Shown: one piece after another, positions 43,919 through 54,102 of the stretch | How positions within the stretch are numbered: position 1 is the first letter of the stretch | How the letters are laid out: the number at the start of each line of letters is the position of its first letter | Assembly (NCBI GenBank): GCA_034530875.2 | Contig: JAVRCJ020000016.1 | Coordinates: forward strand, 32,001-96,000 | DNA: 64,000 nt | DNA from: Nostoc sp. DedSLP01 | GTDB taxonomy: Bacteria > Cyanobacteriota > Cyanobacteriia > Cyanobacteriales > Nostocaceae | Direction: 5' to 3' | The notes under the pieces: model-generated | What the model was told of the DNA's origin: nothing | Databases searched by the model: none | Seen by the model: the letters and a program-made list of their open reading frames with translations, nothing else | Position numbers and translations under genes: made by a program

Positions 43919-45175
43919 ATGAGGGTTAGCTTACAGCCTGCCTTGAATGATAGTAATTTGGATGCCAATCAACTCAACACTCAACGTCAGTTGGGAATTT
44001 CCATTTCGGCGATCGCAGAAGTTGAAGACCGCAATGTTCCACTGAATTTATGCCTGATTCTCGACCATAGCGGTTCGATGAATGGCCGACCCCTAGAAAC
44101 AGTGAAAAATGCCGCGAATCGTCTGGTGGATAGATTAAATCCTGGCGATCGCTTGAGTGTTGTAGTTTTCAATCACCGTGCTAAAGTCCTAGTCCCCTGT
44201 CAGGGAATCGAAGACCCAGAAAAAATTAAACAGCAAATTAGCCGTTTAGCCGCTGATGGCGGGACTTCCATTGATGAGGGATTGCGCTTGGGGATTGAAG
44301 AATTAGCCAAGGGAAAAAGGGATAGTGTTTCCCAAGCTTTTTTATTAACCGATGGCGAAAACGAACACGGTGATAATAATCGCTGTTTAAAATTTGCCCA
44401 ATTAGCTGCCAGTTATAATTTGACTTTAAATACTTTAGGATTTGGTGACAATTGGAACCAAGATGTTTTAGAAAAAATTGCTGATGCTGGTTTGGGTACT
44501 TTGTCTTATATTCAAAAACCCGATCGCGTAGTCGATGAATTTAGCCGTTTGTTCAACCGCGTTCAAGCAATAGGCTTGACTAATGCTTATTTGATATTCT
44601 CCTTGATGCCCAATGTCCGGCTAGCCGAACTCAAACCCGTTGCCCAAGTTTCTCCGGATACCATTGAGTTACCACTGCAACAAGAACCAGACGGACGTTT
44701 CGCTGTGCGCTTGGGAGATTTAATGAAAGATGCAGAACGGGTGATTTTGGCTAATATTTATTTGGGACAATTACCACCAGGGAAACAAGCGATCGCTAAC
44801 GTGCAAGTCCGCTACGATGACCCAGCTACCAATGAAACGAGTATATTGACGCCAAATATCCCAGTTTACGCCAATGTCGTCGGAGATTACCAACCGAACC
44901 CCAATCCCCAGGTGCAACAATCGATTTTGGCATTGGCGAAGTATCGCCAAACTCAGTTAGCCGAGACGAAATTACAACAAGGCGATCGCACTGGTGCGGC
45001 GACAATGCTACAAACGGCTGCTAAAACTGCCTTGCAGATGGGAGATGAAGGTGCGGCGACGGTGTTGCAAACTTCCGCTACTCGCTTGCAAGCTGGAGAA
45101 GATTTGTCGGAAAGCGATCGTAAGAAAACCAGAATTGTCTCCAAAACAGTTTTGCAAGATACCCCTCCGCAATGA
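43919..45175 (+). CDS. VWA domain protein
   Basis: MIDAS DHSGSM, GGT, LLTDG. Confidence 0.93.
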   Translation: MRVSLQPALNDSNLDANQLNTQRQLGISISAIAEVEDRNVPLNLCLILDHSGSMNGRPLETVKNAANRLVDRLNPGDRLSVVVFNHRAKVLVPCQGIEDPEKIKQQISRLAADGGTSIDEGLRLGIEELAKGKRDSVSQAFLLTDGENEHGDNNRCLKFAQLAASYNLTLNTLGFGDNWNQDVLEKIADAGLGTLSYIQKPDRVVDEFSRLFNRVQAIGLTNAYLIFSLMPNVRLAELKPVAQVSPDTIELPLQQEPDGRFAVRLGDLMKDAERVILANIYLGQLPPGKQAIANVQVRYDDPATNETSILTPNIPVYANVVGDYQPNPNPQVQQSILALAKYRQTQLAETKLQQGDRTGAATMLQTAAKTALQMGDEGAATVLQTSATRLQAGEDLSESDRKKTRIVSKTVLQDTPPQ

Positions 45176-46452
45176 AAGTTAAATTGCTCTCGGCGTTAAA
45201 TGACAATCATGTTGATGTGGCTCAAACAAGTAGCCAACGTCAATTGGCAATTACAATCTCGGCGATTGCTGGTGAATTTGACCAAAATCTCCCCCTGAAC
45301 CTCTGCTTGATTCTCGATAAAAGCGGTTCCATGCATGGCAAACCAATTACAACGGTGATTCAAGCAGTAGAAGGATTAATCGATAGGTTGAAGCCTGGCG
45401 ATCGCATCTCGGTTGTGGCTTTTGCGGGTTCTGCCGAAGTCATTATCCCCAACCAAATTATTGAAGACCCCGAAACCATCAAATCTCAAATTAAAAAGAA
45501 ACTCAGTGCTAGCGGCGGTACGGTAATTGCTGACGGTTTGGAGTTGGGAATTACAGAACTGATGAAGGGTACAAGAGGCGCTGTTTCCCAAGCCTTTCTG
45601 CTGACGGATGGTCACGGTGAAAGCGGTTTGCGAATTTGGAAGTGGGATATCGGCCCGGATGACAACAAACGCTGTGTAGAACTCGCACTCAAGGCTGCCA
45701 AGCTGAACTTAACTATCAACACTCTCGGATTTGGTAATAGCTGGAATCAGGATTTGTTAGAAAAAATAGCCGATGTTGGTGGTGGTACTTTAGCTTATAT
45801 TGAGCGTCCCGAACAAGCTGTAGAGCAGTTTAACCGATTGTTTGGACGGATTCAGTCTGTGGGGCTAACTAATGCCTATTTGTTGTTATCTTTAGTGCCT
45901 AATGTCCGGCTAGCAGAATTTAAACCCATTGCCCAAGTTTCCCCAGACACAATTGAGTTACCAGTGCAGCCAGAAGCCGATGGCAGCTTTGCTGTGCGTT
46001 TGGGAGATTTGATGCAAGATGTTGAACGGGTAGTTTTGGCTAATATTTATTTGGGACAATTGCCAGAAGGGAAACAGGTAATTGGGCATCTGCAAATCCG
46101 TTATGATGACCCTTTGGTGAATCAGCAAGGCTTACTTTCGCCCATCATGCCAGTTTACGCAGATGTGGTAAGAGACTATCAACCAGCATCTAATCCCCAA
46201 GTGCAACAATCAATTTTAGCATTAGCCAAGTATCGCCAAACCCAGTTAGCGGAGGCGAAATTGCAAGAGGGCGATCGCACTGGTGCGGCGACGATGCTAC
46301 AAACAGCCGCCAAAACTGCTTTACAAATAGGAGATAAAGGTGCAGCGACAGTGTTGCAAACTTCCGCCACTCGCCTGCAAGCTGGCGAACAACTTTCGGA
46401 AGCAGACTTGAAGAAAACTAGGATTGCATCAAAGACGATTTTACAGGAATAG
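45172..46452 (+). CDS. VWA domain protein, tandem paralog
   Basis: DKSGSM, GGT, LLTDG; ATGA overlap with the first paralog. Confidence 0.93.
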   Translation: MKVKLLSALNDNHVDVAQTSSQRQLAITISAIAGEFDQNLPLNLCLILDKSGSMHGKPITTVIQAVEGLIDRLKPGDRISVVAFAGSAEVIIPNQIIEDPETIKSQIKKKLSASGGTVIADGLELGITELMKGTRGAVSQAFLLTDGHGESGLRIWKWDIGPDDNKRCVELALKAAKLNLTINTLGFGNSWNQDLLEKIADVGGGTLAYIERPEQAVEQFNRLFGRIQSVGLTNAYLLLSLVPNVRLAEFKPIAQVSPDTIELPVQPEADGSFAVRLGDLMQDVERVVLANIYLGQLPEGKQVIGHLQIRYDDPLVNQQGLLSPIMPVYADVVRDYQPASNPQVQQSILALAKYRQTQLAEAKLQEGDRTGAATMLQTAAKTALQIGDKGAATVLQTSATRLQAGEQLSEADLKKTRIASKTILQE

Positions 46453-46478
46453 TAAAAATTCAGCGTTGTTGATTAACG
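46224..46478 (+). repeat. 255-bp direct repeat, copy 1 (3' end of VWA gene plus downstream bases)
   Basis: Ungapped match to 47239-47493. Confidence 0.95.
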
Positions 46479-46618
46479 GTATAAAAGTTTCGCGCCAAGG
46501 TGCAAAACGAGAAACAAGCTACGTGAAACAAATCTAAAATCCCAAATCTAAAATTAAATGACAAGCCTCTGACTTTAGTTATGGGGTCAACTAAAATCTA
46601 AAATTCAAAATTGTTTGA

Positions 46619-47238
<620 letters not shown>

Positions 47239-47493
47239 AGCCAAGTATCGCCAAACTCAGTTAGCAGAAGCGAAATTGCAAGAGGGCGATCGCACTGGCG
47301 CGGCGACAATGCTACAAACAGCCGCCAAAACCGCACTCCAGATAGGAGATAAAGGTGCAGCAACAGTGTTGCAAACTTCCGCCACTCGCCTGCAAGCTGG
47401 GGAAAAACTTTCGGAAGCAGACCTAAAGAAAACTAGAATTGCATCAAAGACGATTTTACAGGAATAGTAGAAATTTAGCGTTGCTAATTAACG
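47239..47493 (+). repeat. 255-bp direct repeat, copy 2 (orphan VWA 3' fragment)
   Basis: Starts right after the vapC stop; encodes AKYRQTQLAEAK...KTILQE* with no start codon. Confidence 0.95.
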
Positions 47494-47605
47494 ATGAGTG
47501 TGTACAGTATTTTCAATTTAAAAATGAGCATATTAAACTCTAGTGGATATCCATAAAAAATTCGTTTAATAGCTAGTTAGCTAGCAATGTCAAGAAGATC
47601 AGCAC

Positions 47606-48412
47606 ATGAAGTTGTACGAGAGAGACTACACGATACTCACCCCTGACGAAGAAGCAGAATTCCGCTTCCTCAAAGAGCAGGAGATCGTCAAAGAGGTTAG
47701 TAACAAATTCAGAAAGCCGCTTTTTCATAAGTACTCTAAAGCTGTACGTCACTACATCAGCCTGTTTCCAAACAACTATATGGACGCTTTTGAGCTTCAA
47801 GAGCATGAGGAACTCAACAATAAACTTGCCAGCTTTCAACAATTGCTTAATTCGGAAGATGCCAATGAACGCAGTATTTTAAATTTCATTAGCGAATATC
47901 GCGCCTACTTCATTATTGCTTCACTTCTTAGTAAGTATTTTGATTTTGGTCACCACGCAACTTATCTTTTTCCTGAGTTTCAGCTTGGCAATTCTTATCA
48001 AGCCGACTACTTAATTATTGGCCGAGGTTCAGGCGGCCATCAGTTTGTCTTTGTCGAACTTGAAGCCCCCAAAGGCAACGGTATCATACTTACTGATGGC
48101 GAGCTTGGGGAAGTGTTTCGCAAAGGCAAAAAGCAATCACGTGATTGGCAAGGTTGGCTGGATGGCTATTATTCTTCACTCAAAGAGACATTTAATAAAT
48201 CAAGACGAGCTGATGCCTCACTGCCTGATGAGTTCGTCATGATGGATAGATCGCGACTCCATTTCGTTGTCATTGCTGGAAAACGTACTAACTTCCAGAA
48301 CAAGACTTACGAAATTAGGCGCAAAGAACGTATGGAAACAAACATCTTGCTATTACATTATGACAACCTGATTGACGCTGCAACTGATGTAATCGGTAGA
48401 AAAACTTACTGA
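47606..48412 (+). CDS. DUF4263 / Shedu-like nuclease, candidate anti-phage protein
   Basis: FPEFQLG...ADYL...FVELEAP...Q..DW...VIAGKR...LHYDNL pattern. Confidence 0.78.
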   Translation: MKLYERDYTILTPDEEAEFRFLKEQEIVKEVSNKFRKPLFHKYSKAVRHYISLFPNNYMDAFELQEHEELNNKLASFQQLLNSEDANERSILNFISEYRAYFIIASLLSKYFDFGHHATYLFPEFQLGNSYQADYLIIGRGSGGHQFVFVELEAPKGNGIILTDGELGEVFRKGKKQSRDWQGWLDGYYSSLKETFNKSRRADASLPDEFVMMDRSRLHFVVIAGKRTNFQNKTYEIRRKERMETNILLLHYDNLIDAATDVIGRKTY

Positions 48413-48417
48413 ATGCT

Positions 48418-48505
48418 TTTCACCCGGATGGATAGTGTCGATACCTGCATCACGTAGCAATGCTGCCGTAGAGAGTGGTAATCCCTTGTCAAGCAACAGT
48501 TTCAT
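48418..48505 (-). pseudogene. 5' remnant of a DUF5615 (PIN-like) toxin gene
   Basis: MKLLLDKGLPLSTAALLRDAGIDTIHPGE, overlapping the DUF433 3' end, then running into the antisense of the DUF4263 gene. Confidence 0.8.
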
Positions 48506-48731
48506 TGCGCTTAGGTAGTTCAATAATGCGATCGCTCAAGTAAGATGATGCAAAAATTAAGGCTTGTTGAATATCTTCATCTTCTAATTCGGGAAACTCC
48601 TGGCGCAGTTCTTCTCGATTAGGATAGGTAGCTAATAACTCAATCGCCCGACGAACGGTAAGGCGAAGATTACGAATACAGGGTTGTCCATTCATGCGAT
48701 TAGGATTGCTGGTGATGCGATTTAATTTCAT
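48489..48731 (-). CDS. DUF433 family antitoxin
   Basis: RITSNPNRMNGQPCIRNLRLTV, EFPELEDEDI. Confidence 0.92.
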   Translation of the reverse strand: MKLNRITSNPNRMNGQPCIRNLRLTVRRAIELLATYPNREELRQEFPELEDEDIQQALIFASSYLSDRIIELPKRNETVA

Positions 48732-48819
48732 AGAAGTAACCCCGCCTGTTACATAAATTCTGGTTGTATATTACTTGATGCCATTGATTTCCGACAAACG
48801 CCCCAACCGCGATTTGAAG

Positions 48820-49941
48820 CTACAAAATGCGATGTTTGAGCCAGAAGGAAAGAAGTGGCAATGCCACTCGATACCCTGCTTTGGCTCCATAAATTAATCC
48901 TTTCTGTTCCAATCCTGTGAGCGCACCCTGAAAACCACCACCTCGGGAAAACTGGTGTTTTTGAAGATAGGGGCGTGAATGAGGGCTATCGGTGGGATCG
49001 ATCGCTAAACTTTCTAGTACCCGTGCCTGAATGGGAGGCAGAAGTAACAAAAGAGATTCAAAGGTAACAGACAGATCCTCGACTAATCGTAAAGTGCTGC
49101 AATGGACGTGATGAAGTTGAATGAGTTTCGGGGAAAATTGGGGCGTAAAACTGGCTTGTTCATCCTGATAGAAGCAACAATGGTCGCTCCAAATTCGCCG
49201 CGCCAGAGCGATCGCATCTCCAACATGTCCTTGTGAATAGTCCAAAAACAATTTTAAGGCATCCACTTCAAACTTTAAGCCCACTGCTGCCATTGCTTCA
49301 ACAACCCAAGTTTCAATTTCCTGGCGCTGCACGGGGAGCAAGGAGACAAGTTGAACTGAGCTATCTTCTAGCCAATCTTCTGGAGTTGTTGCCAAAACAA
49401 CGTAGCTGACCCGATTTTGCTGTTGAATTTCTTGTCGTAAATACGATTCCCATCGACCTGCCCGATCCCAGGAGCGAATATGCGGGAAATTCTGAAAGAC
49501 AAACACTACCCGGCAGTTTAAATATTCTGCCATCACTTGAGGTAAGTTCAATAAGGCTTGCAGAATCAGCCATTCATCATTTTGGGAAACCTGCCAAACC
49601 AAGCGGCTTTGATGTGGGGTTGGTTGCTCTAATTGCAAGGGATAGCCACAAGCCCATTGCTGAATAAAAGTTCGTTCTGCGGCTGTTGCAAAGATGTGCA
49701 GAATTCCTGAAGCCATCAACTCCAAAAAGCGAAAAGAGGTGGTGGCTCGCAAGCAGTCGATCTCCAAAATTCTAGCTCCAATTTGCTGCGCGGCATAGCG
49801 AATTAGCGATCTTCGTCCGCTTCCCGTGACGCCTGTGAGCATCAAATCTTGGTCAGCCGCCAAAATTTCACAGATTTGCTCTAGCTCACGCTGTCTGCCA
49901 ATCAAACTCTGTGGCTTAAAAGCATCCTTCGTCATTGTCAA
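48820..49941 (-). CDS. P-loop NTPase-like protein with degenerate Walker motifs and a probable C-terminal winged helix
   Basis: LIGRQRELEQI, GVTGSGRRS, VVFVFQNFP, GALTGLEQKGLIY...YRVALPLLSFWL. Confidence 0.8.
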   Translation of the reverse strand: MTMTKDAFKPQSLIGRQRELEQICEILAADQDLMLTGVTGSGRRSLIRYAAQQIGARILEIDCLRATTSFRFLELMASGILHIFATAAERTFIQQWACGYPLQLEQPTPHQSRLVWQVSQNDEWLILQALLNLPQVMAEYLNCRVVFVFQNFPHIRSWDRAGRWESYLRQEIQQQNRVSYVVLATTPEDWLEDSSVQLVSLLPVQRQEIETWVVEAMAAVGLKFEVDALKLFLDYSQGHVGDAIALARRIWSDHCCFYQDEQASFTPQFSPKLIQLHHVHCSTLRLVEDLSVTFESLLLLLPPIQARVLESLAIDPTDSPHSRPYLQKHQFSRGGGFQGALTGLEQKGLIYGAKAGYRVALPLLSFWLKHRIL

Positions 49942-50029
49942 CCAGTCCTCCTCACTTTAAGCCAATCTCAACTCAAAGACTATCTACTTTTCTCTAACAA
50001 CCCCAAAAGAATTTTCGATGCAGGTTTGC

Positions 50030-50082
50030 TTGCACTATTTTCTAGTGCAAGGCAATGATATAAGAACTATTTTCTAGTGCAA
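50030..50082. promoter_or_regulatory. Two tandem operator-like sites
   Basis: Perfect TTGCACTA-TTTTC-TAGTGCAA (50030-50050) and AAGAACTA-TTTTC-TAGTGCAA (50062-50082). Confidence 0.7.
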
Positions 50083-50094
50083 TTGATTTTACCC

Positions 50095-52920
50095 ATGTCT
50101 GCTAACCTATCGCACCCTCAAATTTCTCAACCGTTTGAGAATAGATCGTGGCATACTATCGACGCCCAAAAAACTCTTTGGCTGCTCAAGAGCGATCGCA
50201 CGCATGGTTTAACCCAGCAACAGATTGACGAGAATTTACAGCACTACGGTACAAACGAACTCATCGAAATGAGTGGGCGATCGCCCTTAGAAATTTTCTG
50301 GGATCAGTTTAAAAACATCATGTTGCTAATGCTGATCGCCGTAGCAATTATTTCGACGGTTCTGGATGTGCGCGAATCTTTGGTAAAGGGACAGTTCATT
50401 TTTCCCAAGGATGCGGTAGCAATCTTTGCAGTGGTGTTGCTGAATGGTTTACTGGGCTACCTCCAAGAGAGTGGAGCCGAAAAAGCACTGGCAGCACTGA
50501 AAAACATGGCATCGTCCAAAGTGCGGCTGATCCGCGAAGGTAAAGTAGTGGAGGTGGAATCTAAAGAACTGGTTCCTGGGGACATTATGCTGCTGGAAGC
50601 TGGGGTTAAGGTTGCAGCAGATGGGCGCATCCTAGAAGCAGCAAACTTGCAGGTGCGAGAAGCAGCACTCACCGGAGAGGCACACGCGGTTGAAAAACAA
50701 GCCAATGCCATCCTAAGTGAAGATACACCTCTGGGCGATCGCATCAATTTAGTGTTTTCTGGAACAGAGGTGGTGCAGGGACGGGCAATAGTAATAGTCA
50801 CCAGCACTGGAATGCAAACCGAATTGGGTAAGATTGCAACGGCGTTGCAATCCGTCGAGACAGAACCAACGCCTTTGCAAAAACGCATGACCCAACTGGG
50901 CAATACGTTGGTTACAGGATCGTTGATTATAGTAGCGATCGCGATCTTAGGGGGGACATTGTTCAAGCCCTCGCTGTTTGAGGAACTGGTCAAAGTCTCC
51001 CTGAGTATGGCGGTTGCGGTTGTGCCAGAAGGATTACCTGCCGTGATTACCGTTACCCTGGCATTGGGTACGCAACGCATGGTAAAGCGGAATGCTTTGA
51101 TCCGAAAACTGCCGGCGGTGGAAACCCTCGGTTCTGTGACGACTATCTGCTCGGATAAAACCGGAACTCTAACCCAGAACAAGATGGTGGTGCAGGCAGT
51201 ACATACTGCTAGCTATGCCATTCGTGTAACGGGGGAGGGATACAGCCCCGAAGGTGCGTTTTACGAGCAGACCAATATCAGACCAGGACAAGAAATTGTA
51301 GTGGAGAGAGAGCCAGAATTGCGATCGCTGCTGCTGGCGTGCGTGCTTTGTAATGATGCCGTGTTGCATAAGGAAAATGGCGACTGGGCAATATTAGGCG
51401 ATCCCACCGAAGGAGCGTTACTGGCAGTTGCTGGCAAAGGAGGGTTTCGCAAAGACCAGGAGGAGCAAGCTTTCTTCCGTGTTGCTGAGTTTCCCTTTTC
51501 ATCGGAACGCAAGCGGATGAGCGTTGTCGTGCAGGATACGTCCAACAAACTGCCAGAGAGCGCGATCGTCTTTACCAAAGGCTCCCCCGAACTGGTTCTG
51601 GAACGCTGCACCCATATTCAGCAGGGCGATGAGTCTCAACCGATCGCAACACAACAACGGCAACAGATTTTAGAGGAGAATAATCAGCTTGCCAGTCAAG
51701 GGTTACGGGTCTTAGGTTTTGCTAGTAAAAACCTGACAGAATTATCAGACCACGATTCAGAGGATACGGCTGAAACCAATTTGACTTGGTTGGGATTGGT
51801 GGGAATGCTCGATGCTCCCCGTCCGGAAGTGCGCGATGCGGTGGCAAAATGCCGTACCGCAGGCATTCGTCCGGTAATGATTACAGGCGACCACCAGTTA
51901 ACCGCACAGGCGATCGCCCAAGACTTGGGCATTGCGAAAGTGGGCGATCGCTCTCTCACGGGGCAGGAACTCCAAAAGCTCACCCAGCCAGAACTGGAAG
52001 CACAAGTGCAACAAGTTAGCGTCTATGCCCGCGTTACACCAGAGCATAAGTTAAGAATAGTCCAAGCTCTCCAGTCCCAAGGACAAATCGTTGCCATGAC
52101 TGGGGATGGAGTGAACGATGCTCCAGCCTTGAAACAAGCAGATATCGGCGTGGCAATGGGCATTACAGGCACGGATGTCAGTAAAGAAGCCAGCGATATG
52201 GTGCTACTGGATGACAACTTTGCCACAATTGTCTCGGCAGTTGAAGAAGGAAGAGTTGTTTACATCAACATTCGTCGCTTTATTCGCTATATCCTTGGCA
52301 GCAACATCGGTGAGGTATTGACCATTGCAGCTGCGCCATTGTTGGGGTTGGGTGGCGTACCGTTGTCTCCTCTGCAAATTCTCTGGATGAACTTGGTAAC
52401 TGATGGAATTCCGGCTTTAGCACTGGCAGTAGAACCCGGTAGACCAATCGTCATGCAACAACCTCCAAAAGATCCAAAAGAGAGCATTTTTGCCAGAGGT
52501 TTAGGTTCTTACATGGTGCGGATTGGGATTATTTTGGCTGTAATAACTATCTTGATGATGGTTTGGGCATACGATTACACTGCCCAGGTACAAAGTGAAT
52601 TGTTAAATCGCGATCGCTGGCAGACTATGGTGTTTACTACACTTTGTTTAGCACAAATGGGACACGCACTAGCAATCCGTTCCAACACACGATTGATGTT
52701 AGAGGTGAATCCCTTCTCCAATCCCTACGTTGTCCTATCCGTTACCGTCACCAGTATCCTGCAACTGATGCTTATTTATGTTGAACCACTCCGTTCCTTC
52801 TTCAATACTCATTACTTGAGTGGGTTAGAGCTAATGGTTTGTATTGGATTTAGTTCTTTGATATTTGTCTGGATTGAAGCAGAAAAATTATTTATCCGAT
52901 GGTATATCTCTCGTAAATAG
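50095..52920 (+). CDS. Cation-transporting P-type ATPase (PacL/Ca2+ type II)
   Basis: LTGE, VPEGLP, DKTGTLT, KGSPE, MITGD, TGDGVND. Confidence 0.96.
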   Translation: MSANLSHPQISQPFENRSWHTIDAQKTLWLLKSDRTHGLTQQQIDENLQHYGTNELIEMSGRSPLEIFWDQFKNIMLLMLIAVAIISTVLDVRESLVKGQFIFPKDAVAIFAVVLLNGLLGYLQESGAEKALAALKNMASSKVRLIREGKVVEVESKELVPGDIMLLEAGVKVAADGRILEAANLQVREAALTGEAHAVEKQANAILSEDTPLGDRINLVFSGTEVVQGRAIVIVTSTGMQTELGKIATALQSVETEPTPLQKRMTQLGNTLVTGSLIIVAIAILGGTLFKPSLFEELVKVSLSMAVAVVPEGLPAVITVTLALGTQRMVKRNALIRKLPAVETLGSVTTICSDKTGTLTQNKMVVQAVHTASYAIRVTGEGYSPEGAFYEQTNIRPGQEIVVEREPELRSLLLACVLCNDAVLHKENGDWAILGDPTEGALLAVAGKGGFRKDQEEQAFFRVAEFPFSSERKRMSVVVQDTSNKLPESAIVFTKGSPELVLERCTHIQQGDESQPIATQQRQQILEENNQLASQGLRVLGFASKNLTELSDHDSEDTAETNLTWLGLVGMLDAPRPEVRDAVAKCRTAGIRPVMITGDHQLTAQAIAQDLGIAKVGDRSLTGQELQKLTQPELEAQVQQVSVYARVTPEHKLRIVQALQSQGQIVAMTGDGVNDAPALKQADIGVAMGITGTDVSKEASDMVLLDDNFATIVSAVEEGRVVYINIRRFIRYILGSNIGEVLTIAAAPLLGLGGVPLSPLQILWMNLVTDGIPALALAVEPGRPIVMQQPPKDPKESIFARGLGSYMVRIGIILAVITILMMVWAYDYTAQVQSELLNRDRWQTMVFTTLCLAQMGHALAIRSNTRLMLEVNPFSNPYVVLSVTVTSILQLMLIYVEPLRSFFNTHYLSGLELMVCIGFSSLIFVWIEAEKLFIRWYISRK

Positions 52921-52957
52921 CCCAAAATATGACACATTAGTTGAGTCCATATTGCTT

Positions 52958-53776
52958 ATGAATAAAGCAGCTTCACCTTTGGGCGTTCAAACTTACTGCC
53001 AAGGGAAAATCACAATTGACCTAGAACAGTGTATCTATCAGCAATTACAGAAACAATCTGTTAGCACTTGTGAATTCATCCAAAAGTTGATTCCCTTCAT
53101 CGCTACGCTAGAAAACAGTAAAGAGAGATACAATATCAATCCTTACACCGAAAAATTTCATAGAGGAATCCACATCTTAGGTTGCCATGATTCTAAATTA
53201 GGAGTTTTTCCTAATTCAAATCTGGCATTGAAATGTTCAGAAGGTCGCCTTGGTACAGAAAACCCCAGAAAACAATTTTTTAGGAGCATACAATTAGCCT
53301 GGGAATTTGAAACCAAGTTAAACGAGCAAGAGAAAGCGCTACTCCAGATTTGTCCCGCTTACTTGCATTTCCAAACTGGCGTTAGGAGTGCCTTATTTAA
53401 ACGAGTACTTTTTATGCCAAAAATTGAGGGTATTCCGTTGGGAAAAACAGAAACTGGATTTAGTACTGAATTCTGTCAAACATTCAATATTCCTGATTTA
53501 CACGAAATCCTTCGGAAATTCAGGTTCTCCCTGCATCGTTTAGTCGATCGCCAACAAAAGCGTCAACTGCTAAAAATTCAGACTACATACTTATTTCAAC
53601 GTCTTTTTGAAAAAGGAATTAAAATTTTTAGCTTGAATCAGAAAAACATCCTAGCCACATTAAATATGAGTGGTAACTCTATTCAATATGTCATTATCGA
53701 TCCGATAGCAGATTATTGCTTACCAATTTCTCCTGCTTATAATCTCTTAACAGCCCAACTGTGCAAATTTAAATAA
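52958..53776 (+). CDS. Hypothetical protein, possibly a divergent kinase-like fold
   Basis: Long open frame; ATG 52958 chosen to avoid overlap with the ATPase. Confidence 0.65.
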   Translation: MNKAASPLGVQTYCQGKITIDLEQCIYQQLQKQSVSTCEFIQKLIPFIATLENSKERYNINPYTEKFHRGIHILGCHDSKLGVFPNSNLALKCSEGRLGTENPRKQFFRSIQLAWEFETKLNEQEKALLQICPAYLHFQTGVRSALFKRVLFMPKIEGIPLGKTETGFSTEFCQTFNIPDLHEILRKFRFSLHRLVDRQQKRQLLKIQTTYLFQRLFEKGIKIFSLNQKNILATLNMSGNSIQYVIIDPIADYCLPISPAYNLLTAQLCKFK

Positions 53777-54102
53777 CTTTACTATTGGGGGATGTCTCAA
53801 AAGTAAAATATACATTTTGATGAAATTTATCTTTCTTACTAATGAAAGATAAATAAACTCTCCTTGTGTTGTATACTAAATTCTCAGTCTTATAAAGATG
53901 AAATAGTTATCGGCTTGTCAGTTATTTACTATTTCCTTTTCCTTGACATTGCTCTACGAAAAGCAAAGGTGTGAGTATTGATACACTCGCTAGTACAACG
54001 AAAGTTAAATCTGCTGTCTAAAGTTACGCAGAAGAATTTACTTGCTCTAAATTCTTACAAGAAGATAACAGTTTTTTAAAGACATTTTTGCTCTACTTAT
54101 TT

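Noticed and set aside
47276..47467. 63-aa ORF as an independent gene
   Set aside because: It is the duplicated VWA tail; the TTG start is an internal Leu codon with no RBS
50030..50050. CIRCE/HrcA operator
   Set aside because: Arm sequence and 5-nt spacer do not fit TTAGCACTC-N9-GAGTGCTAA
50457..51182. 241-aa minus-strand ORF and other ORFs antisense to the P-type ATPase
   Set aside because: Shadow frames of a well-conserved gene, with no recognisable motifs
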